Of a stretch of 64,000 nucleotides of DNA, positions 8,980-18,571 are shown one piece after another; within the stretch, counting starts at the first letter, position 1, and every line of letters begins with the position of its first letter. The notes under the pieces are model-generated. The model saw nothing but the letters and a program-made list of their open reading frames with translations, was not told the origin of the DNA and made no database searches. Location of the stretch: contig BTWA01000007.1 in assembly GCA_045863295.1 (NCBI GenBank), positions 8,459-72,458 on the forward strand, given 5' to 3'. This DNA is from Candidatus Hydrogenedentota bacterium (GTDB taxonomy: Bacteria; Hydrogenedentota; Hydrogenedentia; Hydrogenedentales; SLHB01). The translations under genes were made by a program, and so were the position numbers.

Positions 8980-9735
8980 GTGAGAACGCCGCTGGTTGCT
9001 GGAAATTGGAAAATGAATCTGTTGGTCAAGGACGCCGTGGACTTGGCGACGGCACTGAAAGGGTTGACCGCCGGGGTGTCCGGTGTGGAAGTCGTGGTAT
9101 GCCCGACGTTTGTGTGCCTTAACGCCGTGGCGCAGGCCCTGAAGGGATCGAATGTCGCGCTCGGCGGCCAAAACTGCTATCTTAAGGAAAAGGGCGCCTT
9201 CACGGGCGAGATCTCGCCCCAAATGTTGAAGGACGTCGGCTGCACCTGGACCATTATCGGACATAGCGAACGGCGCCAGTATTTTGGCGAAACGGACCAA
9301 ACGCTCAATGAAAAATTGAAGTTTGCTTTGGCCGCCGGGCTCAAGGTGATGTTCTGCATTGGCGAGACCTTGGAAGAACGTGAAGGCGGCAAGATGAACG
9401 CCGTGCTCACGCGCCAGGTAACCGAAGGGTTGAAGGGGCTGAGCGAAGCCGATTTCGCCTCTGTATCGGTGGCCTACGAGCCCGTCTGGGCAATCGGCAC
9501 CGGTGTGACGGCATCGCCGGAGCAAGCGGAAGAAGCCCACGCGTTTGTGCGTGAGCTGGTGCGCAAGCAATTTGGTGGAACTGTGGCCGATGGGCTGCGG
9601 ATTCAATACGGCGGCAGTGTAAAGGCCGATAATGCGGCTGAACTAATGGCTAAGCCAAACGTTGACGGCGCCTTGGTGGGCGGTGCGGCGTTGCAGGCCG
9701 AGGGCTTTGCAGCCATTGTGAAGGCGGCGGTTTAA
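8980..9735 (+). CDS. tpiA: Triosephosphate isomerase
   Basis: AGNWKMN, GAFTGEIS, IGHSERR, AYEPVWAIGTG and YGGSV motifs. Confidence 0.99.
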   Translation: MRTPLVAGNWKMNLLVKDAVDLATALKGLTAGVSGVEVVVCPTFVCLNAVAQALKGSNVALGGQNCYLKEKGAFTGEISPQMLKDVGCTWTIIGHSERRQYFGETDQTLNEKLKFALAAGLKVMFCIGETLEEREGGKMNAVLTRQVTEGLKGLSEADFASVSVAYEPVWAIGTGVTASPEQAEEAHAFVRELVRKQFGGTVADGLRIQYGGSVKADNAAELMAKPNVDGALVGGAALQAEGFAAIVKAAV

Positions 9736-9751
9736 GAAGGGCACTATTTCG

Positions 9752-10288
9752 ATGAGCGCGATTTTGAGTTGGAATACATTGTGGTGGCTCATGCTCGTGA
9801 TCTATGTTCCGGCATGTGTCTTTCTTATCATCATCGTGATGATGCAAAAGGGCAAAGGCGGCGGATTCGCCGGCGCATTTGGCGTTGGACCAGGATCGGA
9901 AGCGGTGTTCGGCCCGCGCATGATGCGCAGCCTGCCCATTCGCTTGACCTTTATCTTGGCGTCCGTTTTCATGTTTCTCGCATTGACCATGTCGGTCGTG
10001 CAGGGCCGAGCCATTCGCGGTGCCGCACCGGACAAAGTGACGGACTCGGCCGTACTGTCCGGCACTGGTACCGTACCTGCGGACGATCCGCTCAGTGGAT
10101 TGACAGGATTGGGAGGCGGCGCGCCCGCGGAAGCCCCGGATGGCGCCCCGGCAGAGGCCCCTGCGGAAACAAGTGCACCCGCCGATGCGTCAACAAGTAC
10201 TGCTCCCGCGACGGATGCCGCCGCTCCCGCCGCCCCGGAAACGCCTGCGGCCGAATCCGTGCCACAGCCGGCGGAAGGCGCCAACTAA
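9752..10288 (+). CDS. secG: Preprotein translocase subunit SecG with an Ala/Pro-rich C-terminal tail
   Basis: Two TM segments, QKGKGGGFAGAFG loop, conserved position after tpiA. Confidence 0.9.
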   Translation: MSAILSWNTLWWLMLVIYVPACVFLIIIVMMQKGKGGGFAGAFGVGPGSEAVFGPRMMRSLPIRLTFILASVFMFLALTMSVVQGRAIRGAAPDKVTDSAVLSGTGTVPADDPLSGLTGLGGGAPAEAPDGAPAEAPAETSAPADASTSTAPATDAAAPAAPETPAAESVPQPAEGAN

Positions 10289-10309
10289 ACTTCATGAACG
10301 GGCAAACGG

Positions 10310-10350
10310 ACGGCCCCGAGCACAAGGCTGCTTTGGGCCGTTTTTCTTTT
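10310..10350 (+). terminator. Intrinsic terminator
   Basis: ACGGCCC...GGGCCGT stem followed by TTTTCTTTT. Confidence 0.65.
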
Positions 10351-10422
10351 ACACGAAACTCTTGTCCGAGTGAAAGAGATTACACAAGCAAGATCTGTAC
10401 AACGCGACCAAGGGGATAGAAC

Positions 10423-11676
10423 GTGGACAGGATTCTGATACGCGGAGGCAAGCCCCTTAAGGGCACGGTACAGGTGCGCGGCGCTAAGAATTCCGTGCTC
10501 CCGCTCATGGCCGCATCTATTCTGGCCGAAGAAGCGTGCACGTTGCACAACGTGCCATGTCTGCACGACGTCTTCACCATGGATAAACTGCTAACGTCAT
10601 TCGGAATGAACGTCGAGTTCACCGGCCGCTACATGAAGCTGGACGCATCGAATATCCAATCCAGCCTTGCCCACTACGATCTCGTGCGAAAGATGCGCGC
10701 CTCGTTCTTCGTATTAGGACCCTTGCTGGGCCGGTTTGGTAAGGCCAAGGTTTCACTGCCAGGCGGGTGTGCCATCGGTACACGCCCGGTGGATATTCAT
10801 CTCAAAGGTCTCGAGGCGCTCGGTGCGGATATCACCATTGAAGAAGGCTACGTCATCGCCGAAGGGCGCCTTACCGGCGCGGACTATGCCCTCGAATTTC
10901 CCAGCGTGGGCGCCACCGAAAATCTGATGATGGCCGCATGCCGGGCCAGTGGCGTAAGCCGCATCAGCAACGTGGCCCGGGAGCCGGAAATCGTGGATCT
11001 CGCCCAGTTCCTGAACGCGATGGGTGCGCGTATCTCCGGCGCGGGCACGGACATGATCACCATCGTCGGCGTGGATTCACTCGGAGGAACGGAACACACA
11101 GCCATCCCCGATCGTATCGAAGCAGGCACATTCCTGATCGCCGCGGCCGCGACCGGCGGTGACGTGGTCGTACAAAACGCGAATGCCGATCACCTGCCCA
11201 CGTTCCTTGGTAAACTGCGCGAAGCCGGGGCGGAAATGGAAATCCACGGCAACCGGATTCGGGTTTCCTGTCCGAATGGATTGAAGGCAATAAACCTGAC
11301 GACCCAGCCTTATCCCGGATTCCCGACCGATCTTCAGGCACAGATGATGTCAATGCTATGCATGGCCGAAGGCGCAAGTGTGTTAAAAGAAACCGTCTTC
11401 GAAAACCGTTTCATGCAGGTGGGAGAGTTGCTGCGCATGGGTGCGGTCATCGAATCCGACGGAAATACGGCCATCGTCCGAGGCGTATCCCAATTGAGCG
11501 GAGCGCCCGTGATGGCCTCGGATTTGCGAGCCAGCGCCGCCTTGGTCATTGCCGGACTGATGGCCGCGAAAGGCGAAACTTCCATCCAGCGGGTGTATCA
11601 TATCGACCGGGGGTACGAACGCATTGAAGAGCGGCTCGCGGGGCTTGGCGCGGACATCGAGCGAGTCCGGGATTGA
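10423..11676 (+). CDS. murA: UDP-N-acetylglucosamine 1-carboxyvinyltransferase
   Basis: GAKNS, MRAS, LPGGCAIGTRP, PDRIEAGT, PGFPTDLQ and DLRA motifs. Confidence 0.99.
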   Translation: MDRILIRGGKPLKGTVQVRGAKNSVLPLMAASILAEEACTLHNVPCLHDVFTMDKLLTSFGMNVEFTGRYMKLDASNIQSSLAHYDLVRKMRASFFVLGPLLGRFGKAKVSLPGGCAIGTRPVDIHLKGLEALGADITIEEGYVIAEGRLTGADYALEFPSVGATENLMMAACRASGVSRISNVAREPEIVDLAQFLNAMGARISGAGTDMITIVGVDSLGGTEHTAIPDRIEAGTFLIAAAATGGDVVVQNANADHLPTFLGKLREAGAEMEIHGNRIRVSCPNGLKAINLTTQPYPGFPTDLQAQMMSMLCMAEGASVLKETVFENRFMQVGELLRMGAVIESDGNTAIVRGVSQLSGAPVMASDLRASAALVIAGLMAAKGETSIQRVYHIDRGYERIEERLAGLGADIERVRD

Positions 11677-11750
11677 TGTGCGCATGCACGCAAGTATAGA
11701 GGGCCGAAGGTCCGATAAGTCCGGTTGAAGCGGGGGCGGTACGAAATCGC

Positions 11751-13055
11751 ATGAAGTATTTCGAAATCAAGGACAATGCATCGTTTGATCGAGCGGCAAA
11801 GCGGCTCGCCGCGCGCGCGGACGTCTCAAGCGATGAATCCGCGCTGAAGGACAAGTTGGAAGCCACACGCGCCATCGTCGACGACGTGCGCGACAGGGGC
11901 GATACGGCCGTGGCCGAATATACCGCGCGCTTCGACAAGGCAAACTTGTCGCCGGACCGGTTCGAGATCGCGAAGGCGGAAATTGATGCGGCCACGGATG
12001 CTCTCGATCCCGCCCTCGTCAAAGCGCTCGAAAAAGCCCACGCCAATATCACCGATTTCCATTCCCGCAATCTGCGCCAGTCCTGGCAGGAAGCCAAACC
12101 CGATGGATCGCTCGTAGGGCAACGATTGACGCCCATCGAAAGCGTCGGCGTATACGTCCCCGGCGGCACCGCGTTTTATCCCTCTTCCGTGCTTATGAAC
12201 ATCGTGCCCGCGCGTGTCGCGGGTGTGCGCGAGATTGCCATGGTTTCGCCGCCCAGTTACCACGGCACGCTGCACCCCCTCGTACTTGCGGGCGCGAAGA
12301 TCGCCGGGGCCACGCGCGTATTCCGTGTTGGGGGGGCGCAGGCCGTCGCTGCGCTTGCCTATGGCACGAACGCCATACCGTCCGTACTGAAAATCACCGG
12401 TCCCGGAAACATCTACGTGACCTTGGCCAAGAGACTCATTTCATCGGTATGCGATATCGACAAAGAAGCAGGACCTTCCGAAGTCGTCGTCATTGCCGAT
12501 GCGAACGCAAACCCGGACTGGGCCGCAATTGAACTTATTGCCCAAGCGGAACACGGCGAAGATTCGCCCGTCTGGCTCGTGACTGATAGCACGGAAATGG
12601 CCAATCGTGTGAAGGTTTCGCTCGAAAAGCTCGTACCCACACTCAGCCGAAGAACCATTATCGAAAAGGCGTTGGCGGATTGTGCCGAAACCTACGTGGT
12701 CCGTGATATGAATGAGGCTGCGCGGCTTGTGAACATCATCGCTCCCGAGCACCTCAGCATCCAGACGGCAAATCCTCAAGCCGTTTTGGACGAAATCCCC
12801 AACGTAGGCTGCGCCGTATTGGGCGGCGGCACGTCCGTCGCCTGCGGCGATTACATGGCCGGGCCGAATCACATTTTGCCGACCTCGCGGCGAGCTCGCT
12901 TCGCGTCTCCGTTGACAGCCGAAGATTTCCGGAAAGTGACCAGCATCATTTCGTATTCCCCCGATCGGATGCGGCAGGATGCGGATGACATAATCCGGCT
13001 GGCATCCGCTGAAAAACTGGATGCCCACGCCAGGGCGCTGGAATTACGCAAATGA
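11751..13055 (+). CDS. hisD: Histidinol dehydrogenase
   Basis: GVYVPGG, GGAQAVAALAYG, GPGN, AGPSE, QAEH, APEHL and GDYMAGPNHILPT motifs. Confidence 0.98.
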   Translation: MKYFEIKDNASFDRAAKRLAARADVSSDESALKDKLEATRAIVDDVRDRGDTAVAEYTARFDKANLSPDRFEIAKAEIDAATDALDPALVKALEKAHANITDFHSRNLRQSWQEAKPDGSLVGQRLTPIESVGVYVPGGTAFYPSSVLMNIVPARVAGVREIAMVSPPSYHGTLHPLVLAGAKIAGATRVFRVGGAQAVAALAYGTNAIPSVLKITGPGNIYVTLAKRLISSVCDIDKEAGPSEVVVIADANANPDWAAIELIAQAEHGEDSPVWLVTDSTEMANRVKVSLEKLVPTLSRRTIIEKALADCAETYVVRDMNEAARLVNIIAPEHLSIQTANPQAVLDEIPNVGCAVLGGGTSVACGDYMAGPNHILPTSRRARFASPLTAEDFRKVTSIISYSPDRMRQDADDIIRLASAEKLDAHARALELRK

Positions 13056-14098
13056 AGTTTACACGCAAGATACTAAAAGGCGTGGAAGGATACGTGCCCG
13101 GTGAACAGCCCCAACGCACAGACGTAATCAAGCTGAACACAAACGAGAATCCCTATCCGCCGTCGCCCAAGGTGATGGAAGCGCTTCGGAGTCTCTCTCA
13201 GGATGCACTGGTAAAATACCCGGATCCGGTGTCGGGCAAGTTCCGTCGTGAATGCGCCATGCAGTACGGGTATCCCGGCGAAGATTGGGTCATTGCAGGC
13301 AATGGCATGGACGAAGTCCTCGCCATGACCATACGCACGTTCGTGGATCCCGGCGACTCCATCTTGACAACAGACCCCACCTACACCCTGTACGAAACCC
13401 TTGCCGACCTGCACGGAGCAAAAACCGTGAAGGTCGAACTGGACGCCGAGTTTCAACTGCCGGAGTCATTCTATACCGCGCCTGCGCGCGCTTGTTTTAT
13501 CACCCGCCCCAACGCCCCATCCGGCGTGTGCGCGCCGCGCGCAGCCATGGAGCGCCTGTGCAAGAACTTCAATGGTATCGTCGTTATCGACGAAGCCTAC
13601 GTCGATTTTGCGGACGACAACTGCATGGATTTCCCGGAACGATTCGACAACGTCATCGTGGCGCGTACGTTTTCGAAGTCCTACAGCCTGGCGGGCATGC
13701 GCCTGGGCATCGGCGTCGCGCGCCCGGAAATCATCGCCGAATACATAAAGACCAAGGATTCGTACAACATGAACGCCGTGGCTCAGGCGGTGGGTATTGC
13801 GGCCATGGAAGACATGCCCCATATGCAAGCCAATGTGGAAAAAGTCCGCGCCACACGCTTGCGCACAATCCAGGAGTTAACCACGCTGGGCTTCCAAATC
13901 CCGCCTTCGCAGTCAAATTTCATCTTGGCCTGCTGGCAGGGCGCTCCAACGGCACGCGGCATCTTTGAACGTCTCCGCGATCGCGGCATCTACGTCCGGT
14001 ATTTCGATACGCCCAGATTGAAGGATGCTCTTCGGATCACGATAGGGACAGATAAACAGATGGAAGCGCTACTCAATGCGATCAGGGAAATAATCTGA
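13052..14098 (+). CDS. hisC: Histidinol-phosphate aminotransferase
   Basis: YVPGEQP, KLNTNENPYPPSP, DEAYVDF and RTFSKSYSLAGMRLG motifs. Confidence 0.97.
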   Translation: MKFTRKILKGVEGYVPGEQPQRTDVIKLNTNENPYPPSPKVMEALRSLSQDALVKYPDPVSGKFRRECAMQYGYPGEDWVIAGNGMDEVLAMTIRTFVDPGDSILTTDPTYTLYETLADLHGAKTVKVELDAEFQLPESFYTAPARACFITRPNAPSGVCAPRAAMERLCKNFNGIVVIDEAYVDFADDNCMDFPERFDNVIVARTFSKSYSLAGMRLGIGVARPEIIAEYIKTKDSYNMNAVAQAVGIAAMEDMPHMQANVEKVRATRLRTIQELTTLGFQIPPSQSNFILACWQGAPTARGIFERLRDRGIYVRYFDTPRLKDALRITIGTDKQMEALLNAIREII

Positions 14099-14102
14099 GC
14101 GG

Positions 14103-14510
14103 TTACGCACCAAACCACAAATCCGGCGTAGCCAATTCAAGTGAATTCCCGGCGGGATCGCGAAAATAAATGGATATCGCTCCGTTGGGCCAAGTCATTT
14201 CCTGCTCAATGTCGACCTTACTCGCGGCAAGATGTTTGCGCCAAGGATCCAATTCTTCATGACTCACCGCAAAGCACAAGTGACCTTGCCCTGGAACGCC
14301 GCCATGCAGGGGCACCGAAATCCCTTCCATGGGTTTAGCTGTGGCACCGGGATTGAACAGCAACACCATGCCGTCCCCACAACGGAAGAAGACATGGCGC
14401 CCTTCAACCCGGGCGTGAAAGGTCAGCCCTAAGACATCGCGGTAAAACGCCTCGGCGGCCTCCAAATCGTCCACATACAACGCGCTTTCCAGAACACGCT
14501 TTGCTTGCAT
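14103..14510 (-). CDS. VOC / glyoxalase family protein
   Basis: LESALYVDDL..AEAFY, HLCF and SIYFRDPAGNSLE motifs. Confidence 0.9.
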   Translation of the reverse strand: MQAKRVLESALYVDDLEAAEAFYRDVLGLTFHARVEGRHVFFRCGDGMVLLFNPGATAKPMEGISVPLHGGVPGQGHLCFAVSHEELDPWRKHLAASKVDIEQEMTWPNGAISIYFRDPAGNSLELATPDLWFGA

Positions 14511-14556
14511 CGCGACGCCTCCGGAGCTTACGAGTGCTCAATGTGTCACGGAATCA

Positions 14557-15387
14557 TCATGGAAACAAATAGGCGATTAAAGCGTCCCGTTCGCCGAAGT
14601 CCGGAATCAAGATATCCGCGCCGGCGTCCGCCAGTCGCTGGCGTTTGACCTCGTCCCAGCCGCACCCTTCCAACTCATTCGAACACACCCCAATGGACAC
14701 GCAGCCTTCCTGCTTTGCCACCTTGATTTCCACCGGGCCGTCTCCAACGATTAAGACTTCAGATCCATGCAAATGATGATCTTCGATCGCCTTTCGCAGA
14801 ACCTTTTCTTTGTTCGACTCGGCATATGTCTTCCGTGCACCATACACTTCGGTGAAGTAGGACCGCACGCCAACTAACCCCGCCTCATGTTCAACGTCTT
14901 CGTGATCCGTGCCGCTGAAGATGCACATGTACAAACCGCGCTCGTGCATCGCTTTCACAAACGCCACAGATCCCCGCACGGTGGTCTCTTCCGGGCTCAG
15001 CTTGCCCTCCGCCATCTGCTGAATGCGTTCGCTCACCCTGACCATCAGCCGGTCATTGTAAATCTTCTTGTATCCGTGCGCATCCAGCATCTTGTCCTCA
15101 GGCACAAAGCCCTTCTTGCGCACCATGTCCACAAGGCCTTCCATCTGAAGAATGGTATTGATCCCCGTGGTTTCGTGGATAAACTCCATCACCTCGTGCT
15201 CAATTTCAGGCGTGCAGAGATGCTCGCCGCAAATGCATTCGATCATCACCGGCTTCATCACTTGCTGCCAGCCCTCGCGCAGCAGGCTCACCGTGCCATC
15301 GAAATCAAATAGGGCATGCTTGAACTTGCCGCGAGGAACTTCGCGAACAACCTGTATTTGGGTTCCAGGAAGATAATTGATCGTCAT
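14557..15387 (-). CDS. HAD-superfamily hydrolase
   Basis: LFDFDGT motif I, FSGT and VGDGPVE; start either ATG 15387 or TTG 15396. Confidence 0.85.
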   Translation of the reverse strand: MTINYLPGTQIQVVREVPRGKFKHALFDFDGTVSLLREGWQQVMKPVMIECICGEHLCTPEIEHEVMEFIHETTGINTILQMEGLVDMVRKKGFVPEDKMLDAHGYKKIYNDRLMVRVSERIQQMAEGKLSPEETTVRGSVAFVKAMHERGLYMCIFSGTDHEDVEHEAGLVGVRSYFTEVYGARKTYAESNKEKVLRKAIEDHHLHGSEVLIVGDGPVEIKVAKQEGCVSIGVCSNELEGCGWDEVKRQRLADAGADILIPDFGERDALIAYLFP

Positions 15388-15396
15388 GATGTCCAA

Positions 15397-15918
15397 TCAC
15401 TCCACCATGAACTCAATCATGGTATTCACAGGATATCGCGCCAGTTTCTCGCGCCCCTTCAACGGCGGCAGCTCAATCACAAACGCAAGTTCATCGATCG
15501 TCGCACCCAGGCGCTCCACCAGCTTGCACACCGCGTCCACCGTGCCCCCGGTAGCAAGTAAATCGTCGATCACAACCACCTTGTCGCCGGGTTTTAATGC
15601 GTCGACATGCATGTGCAGTTCGTTGACGCCGTATTCCAGTGCATACGACTCCGAGATAGTCTTGTAAGGCAGCTTCCCCGGCTTCCGGGCGGGCACGAAT
15701 CCAAGCCCCATTGCATACGCCAGCGCCCCGCCAAACACGAACCCGCGCGCTTCCACACCGACAATCGCGGTCAAGCCGCGCCCGGAATACCGTGCCTTCC
15801 ACGTATCAATGATATGCCGGAGTGCATCGCCATCTTCCAGCACCGTCGTAATGTCCTTGAATTGGATGCCAGGCACCGGAAAGTCCGGCACATTGCGCAC
15901 CAATGCCGCCAAATCCAT
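15397..15918 (-). CDS. apt: Adenine phosphoribosyltransferase
   Basis: PDFPVPGIQFKDIT, EARGF, RKPGKLP, YALEYG and VIDDLLATGGT motifs. Confidence 0.98.
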   Translation of the reverse strand: MDLAALVRNVPDFPVPGIQFKDITTVLEDGDALRHIIDTWKARYSGRGLTAIVGVEARGFVFGGALAYAMGLGFVPARKPGKLPYKTISESYALEYGVNELHMHVDALKPGDKVVVIDDLLATGGTVDAVCKLVERLGATIDELAFVIELPPLKGREKLARYPVNTMIEFMVE

Positions 15919-16046
15919 ATGAAAACTCCTCGATCAATTGGATTTTCCCCATCAGGATGCCGCGGATCGCGGTCAGGGGAGATCATACCGGTTGGAACTG
16001 GGGGATGTCGAACAGAACGAGCGGGCGCGATACCGCCCTTACCCCG

Positions 16047-16874
16047 TCAGGGCATGAAGTCGTCCGCGCGTTCACGCACGAACAAGCGAAGCCGCTTCAT
16101 CACGTCATTCTCGATTTGCCGGATACGTTCCCGCGTGAGGCTGAATTTCCGGCCCGTCTCCTCAAGCGTATGCGCCTTGCCGTCCATCAGGCCGTACCGG
16201 TAGCGGACTATCTTCTGCTCCCGCTCATTAAGCTGCTTCATGATCTCTTCGAGTTGCTGATCCAGCTCGATTTGTTCGATGGCCTGATCGACCCGCCGAG
16301 GTTCCACACTCTCCGGAATCCCCCGGCCGTCTTCGTCGTTCATGCTGTCCAGATTGTCCAGTGGCGAAACATCGTCCACAAACGACTGCAGCTTCCGCGC
16401 CTCGGAGGCCTTGATTCCCATCGCCTCGGCAATTTCTTCGGGATCGGGTCGCCGGCCCGTCTTGATGTACAACTCCTCCGACGTCTTCTTATAGCGGGCA
16501 ATATTGTCGGTCACGTACACCGGAATCCGGACCGTCCGGCCGTAGTTGGAAAGAGCCCGTGTAATCGCCTGCCGAATCCACCACGTGGCATACGTCGAAA
16601 ATTTGCACCCTCGGCCCGGGTCAAACCGGTCCACTGCCTTCATGAGTCCCAGGTTGCCTTCCTCAATAAGATCCTGCAAAGGCAATCCAAAGTAGAGATA
16701 TTTCTTGGCAATACTCACAACCAGCCGTAGATTGGACACAATGAGTTTGCGCCTCGCCTCGCCCTCGCCTTTCAGCGCCAGCTCCGCAAGCCGTATCTCC
16801 TCTTTGGGACTAAGCAGGGGAATGCGCGAGATCTCCGCAAGATACGTGCTCAATCCGCTTTCGCGCATGTCCAT
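16047..16874 (-). CDS. Sigma70-family (RpoD/RpoS-like) sigma factor lacking region 1.1
   Basis: [48 protein letters not shown] and [13 protein letters not shown] motifs; 275 aa. Confidence 0.93.
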   Translation of the reverse strand: MDMRESGLSTYLAEISRIPLLSPKEEIRLAELALKGEGEARRKLIVSNLRLVVSIAKKYLYFGLPLQDLIEEGNLGLMKAVDRFDPGRGCKFSTYATWWIRQAITRALSNYGRTVRIPVYVTDNIARYKKTSEELYIKTGRRPDPEEIAEAMGIKASEARKLQSFVDDVSPLDNLDSMNDEDGRGIPESVEPRRVDQAIEQIELDQQLEEIMKQLNEREQKIVRYRYGLMDGKAHTLEETGRKFSLTRERIRQIENDVMKRLRLFVRERADDFMP

Positions 16875-17073
16875 TCAGGCGGGTCCTTTACAGCCGAATT
16901 CCGTGCGGCAGTGTAAACAATAAACGCGGTCCAAGCCCGGCAGCCCTGTTCGACGGGTCGTTACACAACCTGTGCAGCGGCAAGGGCATTCTACTGAAGC
17001 ACCGAAAATTCATTCAAGACCGCGATGGAACCATGTCCTGTCGTAGTATTCTCACCGGTTTGTCCAATATCAT

Positions 17074-17101
17074 GTATCGGACCGGCCCCGATCAAACTTG
17101 A
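17074..17101 (-). promoter_or_regulatory. Possible sigma28-type promoter for the sigma factor gene
   Basis: Minus strand reads TCAA-N16-TCCGATAC, about 200 nt upstream of the start. Confidence 0.35.
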
Positions 17102-17133
17102 ACCCGGACCCACTACCAAGCAAAATCTGCCCC

Positions 17134-17619
17134 ATGGTCGATGAACATACATGGTACATGCAATACGCACTGCGGGAAGCCAACCATGCCAAGGAAAAAG
17201 GCGAGGTGCCCGTGGGCTGTGTCATTGTGTGGGACGGACAGATCATCGGCAAGGCCCACAACCAGCGGGAAACCCTCCAGGACCCCACGGCCCACGCGGA
17301 AGTGCTGGCCATTACCCAGGCCGCGGACTACCTGAAAAGCTGGCGTCTCGAAGGCGCGACGATGTACGTCACCCTCGAACCCTGCCCCATGTGCGCCGGA
17401 GCCATCATTCTGTCCAGAATCTCCGAAGTGCACTTTGGAGCCTCCGATCCAAAGGCCGGCTGTTGCGGCTCGCTTATGGACCTGCTGGCCGACTCACGAT
17501 TCAACCACAACCCCAACGTCCATTCCGGGTTGCTCGCCGCCGAGTGCGGGGCGATTCTGACCGAGTTCTTCCAACAAATCCGCCGGAATCGGTCCGATCG
17601 GCGTCAAGAATCAGAGTAG
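17134..17619 (+). CDS. tadA: tRNA adenosine(34) deaminase
   Basis: GEVPVG, DPTAHAE, YVTLEPCPMCAGA and DPKAG motifs. Confidence 0.97.
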   Translation: MVDEHTWYMQYALREANHAKEKGEVPVGCVIVWDGQIIGKAHNQRETLQDPTAHAEVLAITQAADYLKSWRLEGATMYVTLEPCPMCAGAIILSRISEVHFGASDPKAGCCGSLMDLLADSRFNHNPNVHSGLLAAECGAILTEFFQQIRRNRSDRRQESE

Positions 17620-17728
17620 CTCCAGATCGCGCTACTGCCCTGACTTGATTCCTTTGCTCCCCTTTCCCTCCGGTTGGTATACTCTCCGCGTTTGTTTCTC
17701 AACCCAATATCTAGAAAGCGATTGCACC

Positions 17729-18502
17729 ATGAGTGAAGTATTGCGGCCACTGGTGGAGATGTCCCGGTACCTCGGGGATCCCTCAAAAGGATACGCCATG
17801 CTGGGGGAGGGGAATACGTCCGCCCAGTCTGGCCCCGACTCGTTTTACGTGAAGGCGTCCGGCACGACGATGGCCACCATCGATGAAACCGGGTTCGTCC
17901 ATTGTTCCATTTCCAGAATCACGGCCATCCTGGAAGACCCGAAAGCGGGGGATGAGGACGTGACCAAGGTGTTTCAGGATTCGCTGCTCACACCAGGCGA
18001 AAAACGCCGACCGAGCGTCGAGGCCATGCTCCACGCGATTTTGCTGCAGGTGCCGGAGTACAAGTTCATCGGCCATACGCATCCGGTTTTCACCAATGCG
18101 ATTCTGTGCTCGGTCAATGCCCGCGAAGCGGCCGCCGGCCGGATTTTCCCTGATCATATCGTCTCCATGAAGCACAAGTCCGTTTTCGTGCCGTATGTCG
18201 ATCCGGGATTGGAATTGGCGCGTACCGTAAAGCGGGAGTTCGACGCATTCGTGGACAAAGAAGGCGTGTTGCCGTCCGCAATTCTCATGGAGAACCACGG
18301 CCTGATCACCATGGGCGATTCACCCAAAGCGGTAACGAGTTGCACGGACATGTGTGAGAAGGCGTCGCAGATCATCGTGCACACCTACGCCCTGGGTGGA
18401 CCGCGGTGGATGACGCCGGAACACGTGTCCCGCATTTTCACACGCCCGGACGAGCACTACCGCCTGAAAAGCATCGCCGACACAAAGCACGCTGGGAATT
18501 AG
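17729..18502 (+). CDS. Class II aldolase/adducin family protein (rhamnulose-1-phosphate aldolase-like)
   Basis: GEGNTS, VKASG, RPSVE, HTHP, PYVDPG and MENHGL motifs. Confidence 0.88.
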   Translation: MSEVLRPLVEMSRYLGDPSKGYAMLGEGNTSAQSGPDSFYVKASGTTMATIDETGFVHCSISRITAILEDPKAGDEDVTKVFQDSLLTPGEKRRPSVEAMLHAILLQVPEYKFIGHTHPVFTNAILCSVNAREAAAGRIFPDHIVSMKHKSVFVPYVDPGLELARTVKREFDAFVDKEGVLPSAILMENHGLITMGDSPKAVTSCTDMCEKASQIIVHTYALGGPRWMTPEHVSRIFTRPDEHYRLKSIADTKHAGN

Positions 18503-18571
18503 ACCCTCGTTAAGATTGGAACTTCTTTAGCACCGCTGCGTGAAGAAGGACGCGTACCAAAGGAGCAAGTC

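Noticed and set aside
11690..11718. Sigma28-like motif before hisD (GCAA-N17-TCCGATAA)
   Set aside because: Poor -35, wrong spacing and an implausible target
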